Shown here one piece after another: positions 22,359 through 23,793 of a stretch of DNA of 23,793 nucleotides (the first letter of the stretch is position 1; every line of letters begins with the position of its first letter). A program made the position numbers and the translations under genes. A model generated the notes under the pieces. The model ran no database searches. It had not been told where the DNA came from and worked only from the letters and a program-made list of their open reading frames with translations. The DNA comes from Ginkgo biloba (Eukaryota; Plantae; Ginkgophyta): positions 5,400,095 to 5,423,887 of the forward strand of contig JANKJI020000004.1 in assembly GCA_024626585.2 (NCBI GenBank). The letters are read 5' to 3'.

Positions 22359-23125
22359 CAGCAAATACAATAATATTTTTATGTCTAAGCAAGCATTAAG
22401 ATTAAAGATGAAGGCCAACTTGTCATTGATGGCTTTAACAAATGTGAGCCGAAAGTTNNNNNNNNNNGTCCTGTTTTTTTTAAGCCGCAAAGTTATTTAC
22501 TTTGTGTAAAGTAAGACAGGGATCAAGATTGCAACTTCAATGCCTTTCAAGGGCATTTATTCACAATTTTTTTTTCATTTGTGATTTGTTAAGGTAAAAA
22601 TATTTCAAATTGTATGGTAGAAGAGATGCTATGTATATTTTTTTGTTATTTTTCAACAATGTAGAATAGCTTGAAAATTAATTTATTGTACTTTTGGTAG
22701 AAGTTATTTTAGTAACTTGTCGAGTGTTATTAAGAGCACAACACATGCATGATCATTAGAAATGCATTGTTTCTTTTTTCCTTTTTGTTGAAATAAGACT
22801 ATTATATCGTAGAAATGTAAAAAAAAAGTACATATATATTATGGTAGTTCTTAAAAAAGAAACCCAAACAAATTTTTTCTTTCCAAAATGGCATCATGGA
22901 GATTAAAAGCAAATCCAAGTGTCATTAGATAAATACATAACTTGTAAAATGTGATTAACAAAACCATAACTTAAATCGTTCATCTTTTCAATTGCATTGG
23001 TGCCTCCACCTCATCTAGCCTAGTGAAAAGTTTGTTGAAGTCCACTCAAGGAACCTCTCGTGTTTGAGAAGAAGCTCCCTCCCTAGATATTGTTTTCTTG
23101 CCTTTGTCAATATTCCTCTCTTGCC

Positions 23126-23793
23126 TTTCGTGATGTTTGTCCCACATTGGTTGTGTGGAGAGTGCTTCGGTGGTTTAAAAGGTCCAATATGCCATGATTC
23201 TTATGCAAATTGAGTTGAAGAGCTTTTGAAGCTCTCATGATTCTTGTACTAGTAAAATAGTTGATTGGTTGAGGTGTTGAGTCAAATTCTGTTTGATTTT
23301 TCACACAATCTTTTGGGGGCAGTGTTGTTGGGTGTGTGTGTGTGCCATAAGTTATTAGCTATTATCTCCGCAAGTGTAATAAGTCAGATGCACCTATGAT
23401 GTGTGCATTGGAATTATTTCTACGACATTAAAATTCTTCTCTCATTTCGTGATGTTTGTCCCACATTGGTTGTGTGGAGGGTCCTTTGGTGGTTTAAAGA
23501 GCCTAATATGCCATGATCCTTATGCAAACAAAGTTGACGAGCTTTTGAAGCTCTTATGATTCTAGTACTAGTATAATGGTTAATTGGCTAAGGTGCTGAG
23601 TCAAATCTCGCTTGCTTTTTGACATAATCTTTTGGGGGCAATGGTGTTGGGTGCGAGCATGTGCCATACTTTTCTAACTATTGTCTCCACATACTTAATA
23701 AGTCAAATGCATTTATGATGTGCACCTTGGAAATATTTCTATGACATTAAAATTTCTCTCTCATTTTGTGATGTTTATCCCACATTAGTTGTG
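23126..23793. repeat. 319-bp tandem repeat, about 2.1 copies visible, continues past the window end
   Basis: Anchor CCCACATT at 23141, 23460 and 23779 (period 319). Copies are collinear but carry many substitutions. Confidence 0.95.

Noticed and set aside
20300-22460. TAS3, miR390/miR482 target sites or a TPP riboswitch
   Set aside because: No tasiARF core (TTCTTGACCTTGTAAG), target site or riboswitch consensus found by eye.
23126-23793. Tandem repeat as a CRISPR array, 5S rDNA or coding repeat
   Set aside because: The whole unit repeats with no unique spacers, there is no 5S rRNA sequence, and 319 is not a multiple of 3.

Overview
AT-rich eukaryotic, almost certainly land-plant, intergenic DNA from a gappy draft assembly (13 N-runs, many exactly 100 N and probably of unknown size). 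It looks like a large-genome plant, possibly a gymnosperm, but that is an inference. About 1-20.3 kb is a nested stack of decayed transposons. These are a Copia-type LTR with a tRNA-iMet PBS, a retrotransposon accessory ORF remnant, L1 LINE pieces (ORF1, RNase H, RT), a CRM-like Ty3/gypsy 5' half (LTR, PBS, gag, protease, RT start), two more gag fragments, several LTR termini and a possible DNA-transposon relic. Region 20.3-22.5 kb looks more like unique sequence and has hairpins and promoter-like motifs. The window ends in a 319-bp tandem repeat. I found no intact protein-coding gene, tRNA/rRNA gene or CRISPR array, and no convincing new biological system. The best leads are a ~10.4-bp phased TA/GC array, two copies of a Helitron-like terminus, an LTR with both a PPT-like tract and a PBS, strong C>T/G>A decay, and a possible non-coding transcript with a fold-back.
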